Positions 54,801 through 63,885 of a stretch of 64,000 bases of DNA are shown here, piece after piece. The notes beneath the pieces are model-generated. The model was not told where the DNA came from. It made no database searches and saw nothing but the letters and a program-made list of their open reading frames with translations. Location of the stretch: the NCBI GenBank assembly GCA_007118495.1, contig SKRM01000003.1, positions 12,334 through 76,333 of the forward strand, written 5' to 3'. The stretch's first letter is position 1. Each line of letters begins with the position of its first letter. Source of the DNA: Bacteroidales bacterium. GTDB lineage: Bacteria; Bacteroidota; Bacteroidia; Bacteroidales; UBA7960. Both the position numbers and the translations under genes were made by a program.

Positions 54801-57800
54801 GCTTTTGGTTGGGTGGTTAGGTCAAAGTAGATCAGTGATGCGCGTTTTTTCCCATCCATAACTACTTCAAGCGGATTGTCAAATCGCACGTGCTTCAGGT
54901 ACCTGGTTTCATTAATTAAATTTGCACCCTGAAGCACTTCCCAGTTGATATAGTCTATAAGGTCATTGTGTCTTACTGAGAAATAACCCACATTCATTGA
55001 TATGACATTGTGGAAAAAATGGGAGCCAAGAGAAGCATCAAGCGGAAAATCTTCCATGCTCATCTCAACAATTATTTTTGCATTTGATATCTGCGACCAG
55101 TTAACCGGTATGCCGATAAAACGATCACGGGTTCCCCACCGACCTGGGCCTATGAGGATGTATTTACGGTTTTCGGCCGACATGATTGAATTGATCTTGT
55201 CAATTTCATCTCTTATCTTTTCGGTTTTCAGCTTATCGAAACAGTCAAGGTCGACATATACCACATCATAAATATCATTTATCCGGCCATTCCCCATGCC
55301 ATTTTCGCAATAGAGCAGTAACCTGTCATTATCAATTTTGTCAATATTGATTTCGGTTTCGATAATGTTTTTTATGAGTGGTTTGATCTGAAGCAGGTAA
55401 AACGATGCATGTCCTTCTTTGTTTTTTTCCAGGTCAACCGCGAACTCCATTTCAATAGGTGTCCCCATTGACTCAGAAATAATGTCAAGCAATACTTCAA
55501 TGGTTTTGGCAAGAGGGATATAATCGTATTTAAGAATATTGGCAAAATTAACTACCCTGGGGCCGGGATCAGTGATTCCGGGGATTAATCGTTCACTTGT
55601 AATATCGTATACCGAAGCACAATGTTTAAGGGTTCCGTGTTTTTCTGACTGTTCAATCTCAAGTTTTATAAGGCCTGCTTCTTCACCCTCCATAAGATCA
55701 AGATTATGCTTGCCCATGTCTACGGCATAAAAATGCACCTGAGAGTTTTTAAAAAGCTCTTTGGGTGTATACATTTCAAGCTGGGGATGAACAGGAGAAA
55801 AACGATAGGTTTTTTCGCCTTCAACCACATATTTTCCCAATCCGACAGCAACAGAGGCGAAGCCTTCGTCAGGCTTCATGTATGAATATGGATAAAAATT
55901 GTAAGACTGTGCAACCCCGCTGATATGCGGATAATAATTTCCATTATAATGATGCCCTACAACCTCTTGAATGATCACGGCCATCTTTTCTTCTTCAATT
56001 TTATAATTGACAGCCTTAAAGTATGCGGTGGCTGTGGGTGAAAATATGGATGCAAATACAAGCTTTATGGCTGTCATTACCTGCTCAAGCCTGACATTGA
56101 TATCGGGATGGTTGTTGGGCAACAAAAAGGTATCGAAAATACCGGCAAAAGGTTGCATGAGGGAGTCTTCAAACAGGCTCGAAGAACGTATGGCCAGAGG
56201 CCTTTCAATAATTGACAAATAGGCTTTTAACCTTTTTCGCAAGGTTGGAGTCAGGCTGCCTGCCGCAAATAACTCTTTTATCTTTTCGTAATCGGTTTCA
56301 CCGTAAATCTTATTGTAAAGGTTGTTGTTTTCAACAAAGCGCTCAAATTCTTCGGTTCCGATAATGGAAGTTCTCGGGGTGCATATACTGATATCAGGAA
56401 CCAGTTCACTAAAATCAAAACTATTGATGATCATATTGATGAAAGCCAACCCCCGGCCTTTCCCTCCCAATGACCCTGGTGAAAGACTCACCACATTGGT
56501 TTTGTCCATCAGGGCAGATTCTTCATAGTTAATCACCCGGCCCTTTTGTTTATCATGAATGCATTGTTCTATTACATCAATAAGGTAGTCTCTGAGACTG
56601 CCTGAAGATTTGAAGTCTTCAACTTTAAGTGGTTTGATACGGCGGGCTATCTGAATCTCACCCCTGGCCATCAACCAATGTGAAAAATGGTCTTTCTTCG
56701 CGTGGTAGATCAGCGATTTTTCAGGGATGGTTTTCAGATGTGTCTGGAATTCTTTCATAGATCTGGCTACGGCAATATCCCGCCGTCCTTCGTCGTCTTT
56801 GTAGATAAAATGACCAAAGCCCAGATAATAATTAATAAAACTTTGCAAATCCTGTTTTAAAGTATCAGAATTCTTGTTGATGAATGTTGACTTCAACTTG
56901 TATGCTTCAGTGGCATTTTCCGGATCAGATGACTGAAGCACCGTGGGTAGGTTGGGCGCGTTATTTTTGGCATATTCAACAAGCTTGAGCCCAGCCTTTG
57001 CATCCATCTCACCGTCTTTCTCGAACTTAACATCAGATATCAGACAAAGAAGATTGTCTCTGTACTTATTAAATAGCGTTACAGCTTCATTGTAGTTTGA
57101 GGCCAGCAAAACCTTTGGCCTTACACGCATTTTCAGAAGTTTGTATAGTTCGTCTGTATTTACCTCTTCGATCAGTTGCTGGGTTTGTTCTATAACGATT
57201 GAGTAGAGGATGGGGAGGTAACGTGAGTAATATTTTGCAGAATCTTCAACCAGCAAGATAACCTGAACCATACCAATCCGGATATCACTCTCTACATTCA
57301 TCCGGTCTTCATTGTATTTAACCATGGCCAGAAAGACCTTACTGTCGCCATTCCAGACAAAGACCTTGTCAATAGAGGTAATGGGTTTGTTCCCGTCTTC
57401 AAATAAGGCGATATCACTGTTGTTGTTGAGCAACATGAAAATGGGGATGCTGTGGTAAATCTGTTTGATAATGCGGCTCAGCTGAATGGGTGTTGACTTT
57501 TCAACCCCCATCATGACGATAACCAGATCAAAATGTTTTTCCTGCAGCTTTTCAAGTGCTTCTTCAGGGGTTGACACCCCGGTAATACGTGGGGCTGAAG
57601 ACAGGTTTAACTGGTAATATTCACCCGTAACCTGTTCAAAAAAACGTCCTTCCTGCTCAATGATATAGGCATCATACAAATTGGCCACCAGGAGTATCTC
57701 TCTGACTTTGTATTGCATCAGGTCATGGTAAATATCCCTGTCAGAATTATGCTTATTAAGAAATTTTTGCAAGAGTTGACGACTCATTGCCGAATGGGCA

Positions 57801-58351
57801 CGTTCTTGCTTAAGCACCTCACTGTCTTTGGTTTGGGAGGCAGCTTTTTTGAGATATTCTTTCCCTATCTGTGTATTCAGATGCCCGGTTATCAGGCTGC
57901 TCAGGTTGTTGATCAGGTGACGTTCTTCTATGAAAAAAGGACCTTCATCAACTTCAGGAAACTCTTTTTCGTAAAACACCTCAATACATCCTTCTTTACC
58001 ATCAATGGTTTCAAACGTTTTCCGTTGAACCCATTTGGTTTCTTTCATGCCCTGCTTGCTTTTAAACTGCATATCCCCGTACTTAATGCGGGCTGTTGTG
58101 TGTTCGGGATGTTGCCATGCGGGGGGAATGATCTCTGCGATCTTTTGCAGCATTTCAGGGATGGGCTTCTCTTCTTTCAGAATGTTGGTGGTCTGATGGA
58201 TGGCACCAAGCTCCTTAAGCCTTTCCTGTTTTTCTGCCAGCAATTGCCTGATCTCTTCATGACTGATGGTTAATTGAATATCCTTATCAGAATCAAAAGA
58301 CAGGCCTTCTTTCAGGAGTTCTGATTTAATTTTCTGCAAGTTTTTTCCCAT
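54797..58351 (-). CDS. Sensor-like N-module + pseudo-receiver + receiver + PEP-synthase/PPDK-type ATP-grasp + swivel-like C-terminal domain protein (paralog A)
   Basis: 1184 aa.
- N-module, aa ~60-157: IIPPAWQHPE..GCIEVFYEKEFPEVDEGPFFIEERHLINNL.
- Pseudo-receiver, aa ~215-350: FDLVIVMMG.
- Receiver, aa ~362-495: ILLVEDS, LISD(440)V, VLQSS, FINK.
- PPDK_N motifs: GGKGRGLAF, AIRSSSLFEDSLMQPFAG, MAVIIQE, ISGVAQSYNFYP, EMEFAV, LLQIKP.
- C-terminus: ILIGPGRWG, GIPVNW, SLGSH(1111)FFHN.
- Its stop overlaps the paralog B start in ATGA. Confidence 0.75.
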   Translation of the reverse strand: MGKNLQKIKSELLKEGLSFDSDKDIQLTISHEEIRQLLAEKQERLKELGAIHQTTNILKEEKPIPEMLQKIAEIIPPAWQHPEHTTARIKYGDMQFKSKQGMKETKWVQRKTFETIDGKEGCIEVFYEKEFPEVDEGPFFIEERHLINNLSSLITGHLNTQIGKEYLKKAASQTKDSEVLKQERAHSAMSRQLLQKFLNKHNSDRDIYHDLMQYKVREILLVANLYDAYIIEQEGRFFEQVTGEYYQLNLSSAPRITGVSTPEEALEKLQEKHFDLVIVMMGVEKSTPIQLSRIIKQIYHSIPIFMLLNNNSDIALFEDGNKPITSIDKVFVWNGDSKVFLAMVKYNEDRMNVESDIRIGMVQVILLVEDSAKYYSRYLPILYSIVIEQTQQLIEEVNTDELYKLLKMRVRPKVLLASNYNEAVTLFNKYRDNLLCLISDVKFEKDGEMDAKAGLKLVEYAKNNAPNLPTVLQSSDPENATEAYKLKSTFINKNSDTLKQDLQSFINYYLGFGHFIYKDDEGRRDIAVARSMKEFQTHLKTIPEKSLIYHAKKDHFSHWLMARGEIQIARRIKPLKVEDFKSSGSLRDYLIDVIEQCIHDKQKGRVINYEESALMDKTNVVSLSPGSLGGKGRGLAFINMIINSFDFSELVPDISICTPRTSIIGTEEFERFVENNNLYNKIYGETDYEKIKELFAAGSLTPTLRKRLKAYLSIIERPLAIRSSSLFEDSLMQPFAGIFDTFLLPNNHPDINVRLEQVMTAIKLVFASIFSPTATAYFKAVNYKIEEEKMAVIIQEVVGHHYNGNYYPHISGVAQSYNFYPYSYMKPDEGFASVAVGLGKYVVEGEKTYRFSPVHPQLEMYTPKELFKNSQVHFYAVDMGKHNLDLMEGEEAGLIKLEIEQSEKHGTLKHCASVYDITSERLIPGITDPGPRVVNFANILKYDYIPLAKTIEVLLDIISESMGTPIEMEFAVDLEKNKEGHASFYLLQIKPLIKNIIETEINIDKIDNDRLLLYCENGMGNGRINDIYDVVYVDLDCFDKLKTEKIRDEIDKINSIMSAENRKYILIGPGRWGTRDRFIGIPVNWSQISNAKIIVEMSMEDFPLDASLGSHFFHNVISMNVGYFSVRHNDLIDYINWEVLQGANLINETRYLKHVRFDNPLEVVMDGKKRASLIYFDLTTQPKA

Positions 58352-58551
58352 GGTAGTATTAATACGAAAATGCGCATATGAAAGTACAAAATTTCCATGT
58401 ATTCAAATACCCGGTGTTTATTTAGACATGTATTCATTTGGTCACGATTGCATACGTATGTCTACTTAAATGATTGATCTCTTGCGAATGTGGTATGATT
58501 TTGATGTTATATATTTTAGCCAATATATTCAAATATTTAAACCCCTTTCTC

Positions 58552-60738
58552 ATGGTCAGACAAACTACTTTTTTTGCTTTTTTTCTTGGACTAAACATTT
58601 TACTGTCAGCACAACCTAAACCATTTACGGTTGCTGATGCCATCAACGTAAAGTCATTTGCCATTCATGACGTATGTTCAGACGGTGCATTCATGGCTGG
58701 TCTTATGTCGAGCAGGCACCATATGTTTAATGTAGACCACACCAGGCACAGAGATCCATCTTATGTGGGGCAATTCACCTCTGATTTGTATGTACTGCAT
58801 GGACCAGGTCATGAAATGATTCCTTTGTTTGACAAACCCGCTGTGCATAACAACCTGCGATTGTCACCAGACGGGCAATTACTTGCATTTCTGCGGTATG
58901 AATACGAAACAACCAGTCTTTATATTTATGATGTCAGGCGCAATAGGATCCGGAAAGTCAACATAAAAACTGATCATGATATTGCCTCAAATTCGCCCCT
59001 GGTGTGGACTCCTGACGGAGGAGGAGTTGTTTTGGCATTTCGTGAGCATGGATGGAAAGAAATAGGTGATTCTATGTATACTGAAGCCACCAAAGGCCCA
59101 ATTACGGTGTATGACTCCAGTCAACCCTTTTTAAAATGGGAAAAAATCAACCACCATGCTTCTTTGTCTAAAATTGGTCTGGTGTCACTTGATAACAGAA
59201 AAGTAAGCTGGTTGCTTGAAGAAGCTCGTTACAGCAATATCCGCATATCTGCAGACGGGACATTTCTGTCATATGAAGAAGTTCACCCCAAAAAAAGTGC
59301 ATACGACCGACGTAATGAAGCTGATTATGAACTTAAATATATCAGGCTTGACCAACCTGACGAAATGCATGTTCTTATTGAAAAAAGTACTAACAGGATC
59401 AATGTGACCTGGAACCCTGACAATGATGTTTTTGCTACCATTGATTCTAACCGGGTGGCCCTGCGTGCTATTACCGAAGAAAAAATGCGGATTTTGACCT
59501 CAGACACAGTTGAAATATCGGGCACTGATACCACCAAGGTACAACTTCGCATAAACAGATGGCGCCCTGATGGAAAGAAAATTCTGGCCACTTCATCACG
59601 AGGTTATTGGCTTGTGGATGCAGAAAATGGAAACATGGAAAATGTATACAGATTTCCTGAAGACAGAAAAATTGCACCTGAGTTGAATATAAGCCAATGG
59701 TCACCTGACGGACGTTTCTTGTATCTTACCTATTCTGCACACGATAAGTGGGAGAGAGGTATGATCAGCTTAGATCTGGATGAGCTTAAAACAAAAAATT
59801 TGATACTGGATAGCAATTTGTACACACGATGGAGACTTTCAGATTCGGGTAAATATTTTATATATCAGAAATCAGATGGCGATATGCCCCCGGATTATTA
59901 TATGGCCAATGCTGACTTTGCCGAATCAAGAAGGTTAACTGACCTGAATCCATGGATGCGTGATCGCAAGATTTCAAAAAGTGAACTGGTCAGTTACCGT
60001 GATGCTGACGGTGAACTACTCTACGGGATTCTATATTATCCGGTTGATTATGAACCGGGCAAACAGTATCCACTAGTGTGTGAACTGTATGAAAGCTTTT
60101 TTCACAATGGTTACCGGCTTACCATGCAATTAATTGCCAATGAGGGTTATTTTGCGTTTTTGCCATCTGTGAATTTTATTGAAGGATACCCGGCAGAAGC
60201 ATGGATCAAGGGGGTTACCTCAGGCATTAATAAACTCATTGACAGAGGATTTATAGATGAGAAAAAGATAGGTGTTTATGGTGTCAGCTACGGTGGATAT
60301 GCTACCTCATTGCTAATCAGTCAAACCGATAGGTTTGCAGCTGCTATAAATATCAGTGGGAAAGTAAATATCATCAGTTTTCTTGGTGACAGCCCCCGGA
60401 TAGGGCGGCGAAATTATACTGCGGCTGAGATGGGGCAAGATAGAATTGGAGCTACTTTATGGGAAGCACCCATGAAATATATTGCTACATCTGCTGTCTT
60501 GCATGCAGATCGTATCAATACCCCGCATCTGCTTATGACTGGAGAGGGAGACTGGAATGTGCCGGCATCAAATACACGTGAGCTGTATTATGCTTTGCGT
60601 CGCCTTGACAAAGAGGTCGTATGGGTTAATTACCACCGTGGTGGTCATGTAGCTGGCCTTGCCAGCACTGAAAGCGACTTTTATGATCATTGGCAGCGCA
60701 TGTTTGATTGGTTTGACAAGTATTTTACTAAAGAGTAA
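58552..60738 (+). CDS. S9 family serine peptidase (prolyl oligopeptidase / dipeptidyl-peptidase-like) with beta-propeller
   Basis: Signal peptide MVRQTTFFAFFLGLNILLSAQP (start set at ATG 58552; the ORF track starts at 58474). WxPDG propeller repeats. Nucleophile elbow GVYGVSYGGYAT. GEGDWNVP (Asp) and RGGHV (His). Confidence 0.88.
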   Translation: MVRQTTFFAFFLGLNILLSAQPKPFTVADAINVKSFAIHDVCSDGAFMAGLMSSRHHMFNVDHTRHRDPSYVGQFTSDLYVLHGPGHEMIPLFDKPAVHNNLRLSPDGQLLAFLRYEYETTSLYIYDVRRNRIRKVNIKTDHDIASNSPLVWTPDGGGVVLAFREHGWKEIGDSMYTEATKGPITVYDSSQPFLKWEKINHHASLSKIGLVSLDNRKVSWLLEEARYSNIRISADGTFLSYEEVHPKKSAYDRRNEADYELKYIRLDQPDEMHVLIEKSTNRINVTWNPDNDVFATIDSNRVALRAITEEKMRILTSDTVEISGTDTTKVQLRINRWRPDGKKILATSSRGYWLVDAENGNMENVYRFPEDRKIAPELNISQWSPDGRFLYLTYSAHDKWERGMISLDLDELKTKNLILDSNLYTRWRLSDSGKYFIYQKSDGDMPPDYYMANADFAESRRLTDLNPWMRDRKISKSELVSYRDADGELLYGILYYPVDYEPGKQYPLVCELYESFFHNGYRLTMQLIANEGYFAFLPSVNFIEGYPAEAWIKGVTSGINKLIDRGFIDEKKIGVYGVSYGGYATSLLISQTDRFAAAINISGKVNIISFLGDSPRIGRRNYTAAEMGQDRIGATLWEAPMKYIATSAVLHADRINTPHLLMTGEGDWNVPASNTRELYYALRRLDKEVVWVNYHRGGHVAGLASTESDFYDHWQRMFDWFDKYFTKE

Positions 60739-60757
60739 AACCCCTTATGTATATAAA

Positions 60758-60765
60758 TATTTTTG
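60758..60765 (+). promoter_or_regulatory. Candidate -7 box (TATTTTTG) for glutamate dehydrogenase 2
   Basis: Exact TAnnTTTG 122 nt upstream of ATG 60888, just after the S9 peptidase stop. Confidence 0.3.
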
Positions 60766-60875
60766 ACATGTGCAAGGGATTATGAAAATAAATATGTTTT
60801 GCATGAAAATATAATCCATACATGAAATATCCTAACATTGCTTTTGTACGATCAACCATTTTATTCACCTTTTAA

Positions 60876-62228
<1,353 letters not shown>

Positions 62229-62238
62229 TACCTGCTGT

Positions 62239-63312
62239 TTAATGCTTTAGAAATGCCTCGGCAATGATGTCTGAGGCATTTCCTTTTCCATAGAGTTCTT
62301 CTTGAAAGTGTATGGTTTTGTTATTATACGCTTTAAATGCCTTTTTAATGCGGGCTGGATTACTTCCGGCGAGTATGTTATAACCCGCTGCGGTTAATTC
62401 TGTCCATTCGGTTTCTTCTCTGAGTGTAATGCATGGTTTTTTAAAGAAATAAGCCTCTTTTTGCATGCCTCCGCTGTCGGTAAGCACCAGGCTGGTATGT
62501 TTGAGAAGGTAGAGAATTTCAAGATATCCCACAGGGTCGATCATCAGTAAATTATCACTCTTAATACTCAAACCAGATTGATCGATGAGTTTTCTTGTAC
62601 GGGGATGAACCGGAAAAATAACCGGCAATTTGTCTGATATATATTCGAGTGCGGTCATTATATCTGCAAGGCGACCGGGATCATTTGTGTTTTCAGCCCG
62701 ATGAACTGTTGCCAGTGCAAATTGCCCGGGGATGTCGACTCCCGAAGGTGGCAAAGCCTTTTCATTGAATAGCAGGGATGCATCATACATGACATCACCT
62801 GTGGTGATTACTTTACAGGCGAAGTTTTTAAACCCTTCACGGGCCAGATTGTTAACTGCAACCGGCGTGGGGCAAAACAAAAGTTTGCTTATACGGTCTG
62901 TTAGTATGCGGTTGATCTCTTCGGGCATGGCCATATTAAATGAACGAAGTCCGGCTTCAACGTGTGCAACGGGTATATGAAGCTTAGATGCTGCAAGGGC
63001 TCCGGCCAATGTGGAGTTGGTATCGCCGTACACCATGACATATTGTGGTTTTTCTTCAAGAATAATCTTTTCGATGCCTTCTGTCATCCTTCCGGTCATG
63101 GCCCCATGTGGCAAACTGTGTATGTCAAGCTTGTGGGTTGGTTTTGGGATTTGCATTTGCTCAAAAAAGACCTCACTCATATTTTCATCAAAGTGCTGAC
63201 CGGTATGCACAATGACTTCATAAATCCCCGACTGCCTCATGATGGCTCTGCTAACTGCAGCCGCTTTGATAAACTGGGGCCGTGCTCCTATTACAGTTAA
63301 AATCTTGATCAT
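62239..63312 (-). CDS. wecB: UDP-N-acetylglucosamine 2-epimerase (non-hydrolysing)
   Basis: 357 aa. KILTVIGARPQFIKAA, VHTGQHFD, GDTNSTLAGALAA, LTDSGGMQKEA. Confidence 0.92.
   Translation of the reverse strand: MIKILTVIGARPQFIKAAAVSRAIMRQSGIYEVIVHTGQHFDENMSEVFFEQMQIPKPTHKLDIHSLPHGAMTGRMTEGIEKIILEEKPQYVMVYGDTNSTLAGALAASKLHIPVAHVEAGLRSFNMAMPEEINRILTDRISKLLFCPTPVAVNNLAREGFKNFACKVITTGDVMYDASLLFNEKALPPSGVDIPGQFALATVHRAENTNDPGRLADIMTALEYISDKLPVIFPVHPRTRKLIDQSGLSIKSDNLLMIDPVGYLEILYLLKHTSLVLTDSGGMQKEAYFFKKPCITLREETEWTELTAAGYNILAGSNPARIKKAFKAYNNKTIHFQEELYGKGNASDIIAEAFLKH
62251..62281 (+). terminator. Candidate terminator hairpin for gdhA embedded in the 3' end of the convergent wecB
   Basis: 9-bp stem AAATGCCTC / GAGGCATTT with a 13-nt loop, followed by CCTTTTCC. 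It begins 23 nt after the gdhA stop, and the intergenic gap is only 10 nt. The T-tract is weak. Confidence 0.35.
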
Positions 63313-63339
63313 GGGGTAAAGATAATGGATTATTTGCCA

Positions 63340-63347
63340 TACTTTTG
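63340..63347 (+). promoter_or_regulatory. Candidate -7 box (TACTTTTG) for aroK
   Basis: Exact TAnnTTTG 15 nt upstream of ATG 63363. The TTG 63345 used by the ORF track lies inside this box, which favours the ATG start. Confidence 0.35.
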
Positions 63348-63362
63348 CTTAAAAAAGGAGAT

Positions 63363-63866
63363 ATGAGGATCTATCTCATAGGTTTTATGGGTTGTGGGAA
63401 GAGTTCATTCGGAAAACGGTTGGCCAAAAAACTTGACTACCAATTTGCTGATCTTGATGATATTATTGAAGAAGAGGCAAATATGCGTATACCTGATATT
63501 TTTTCAATGAAAGGGGAGGAGACTTTCAGGGAGATAGAAAAAAAGGCGCTAAGGGGTACCGGAAATTTAAGTAAAGCGGTAATTGCTACAGGAGGAGGTA
63601 CTCCCTGTTTTCATGGCAATATGGACTTTATGCTTGAAAATGGAGTTACCGTATATCTTAAAATGAGCCCGTTAAGTCTGGGTCACCGTCTTGAGTTGGC
63701 CCGCAGAGAACGCCCCCTTGTTAAAGGCTTAAAAGGGGATGCCTTGTCGGATGTGATAATGCAAAAGCTAAGTGAGCGGGAACCACAATATATGCGTGCT
63801 CATTGCATTATCAAAGGAGAAACAGTGAAACCTGATCAGGTTATTTCGCTGGTTTTTGGACAGTAA
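63363..63866 (+). CDS. aroK: Shikimate kinase
   Basis: MRIYLIGFMGCGKSS P-loop at the N-terminus, DLDDIIEE, ATGGGTP. Confidence 0.9.
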   Translation: MRIYLIGFMGCGKSSFGKRLAKKLDYQFADLDDIIEEEANMRIPDIFSMKGEETFREIEKKALRGTGNLSKAVIATGGGTPCFHGNMDFMLENGVTVYLKMSPLSLGHRLELARRERPLVKGLKGDALSDVIMQKLSEREPQYMRAHCIIKGETVKPDQVISLVFGQ

Positions 63867-63885
63867 TCAGGTAAACCCCGGTATA

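Noticed and set aside
57713-58273. A 186-aa plus-strand ORF antisense to paralog A, and a 183-aa ORF (51158..51709) antisense to gdh.
   Set aside because: Same reasoning: no motifs and biased composition. They are fully contained in well-supported genes on the other strand.
51822-58351. Annotating the two giant genes simply as phosphoenolpyruvate synthase (ppsA) or pyruvate phosphate dikinase.
   Set aside because: Only the N-terminal ATP-grasp motifs are present. I see no canonical GG.T(S/C)HAAI phosphohistidine motif and no C-terminal PEP/pyruvate TIM-barrel sequence, and each protein carries 300-600 aa of receiver-type domains upstream.
63345-63362. Alternative upstream non-ATG or far-upstream starts used by the ORF track: aroK TTG 63345, GNAT TTG 35364, miaA 20130, S9 peptidase 58474, S8 peptidase 9649.
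   Set aside because: In each case a downstream ATG yields the canonical family N-terminus: a P-loop near the N-terminus for aroK and miaA, and a signal peptide for the two peptidases. It also removes overlap with the upstream gene or a promoter box.
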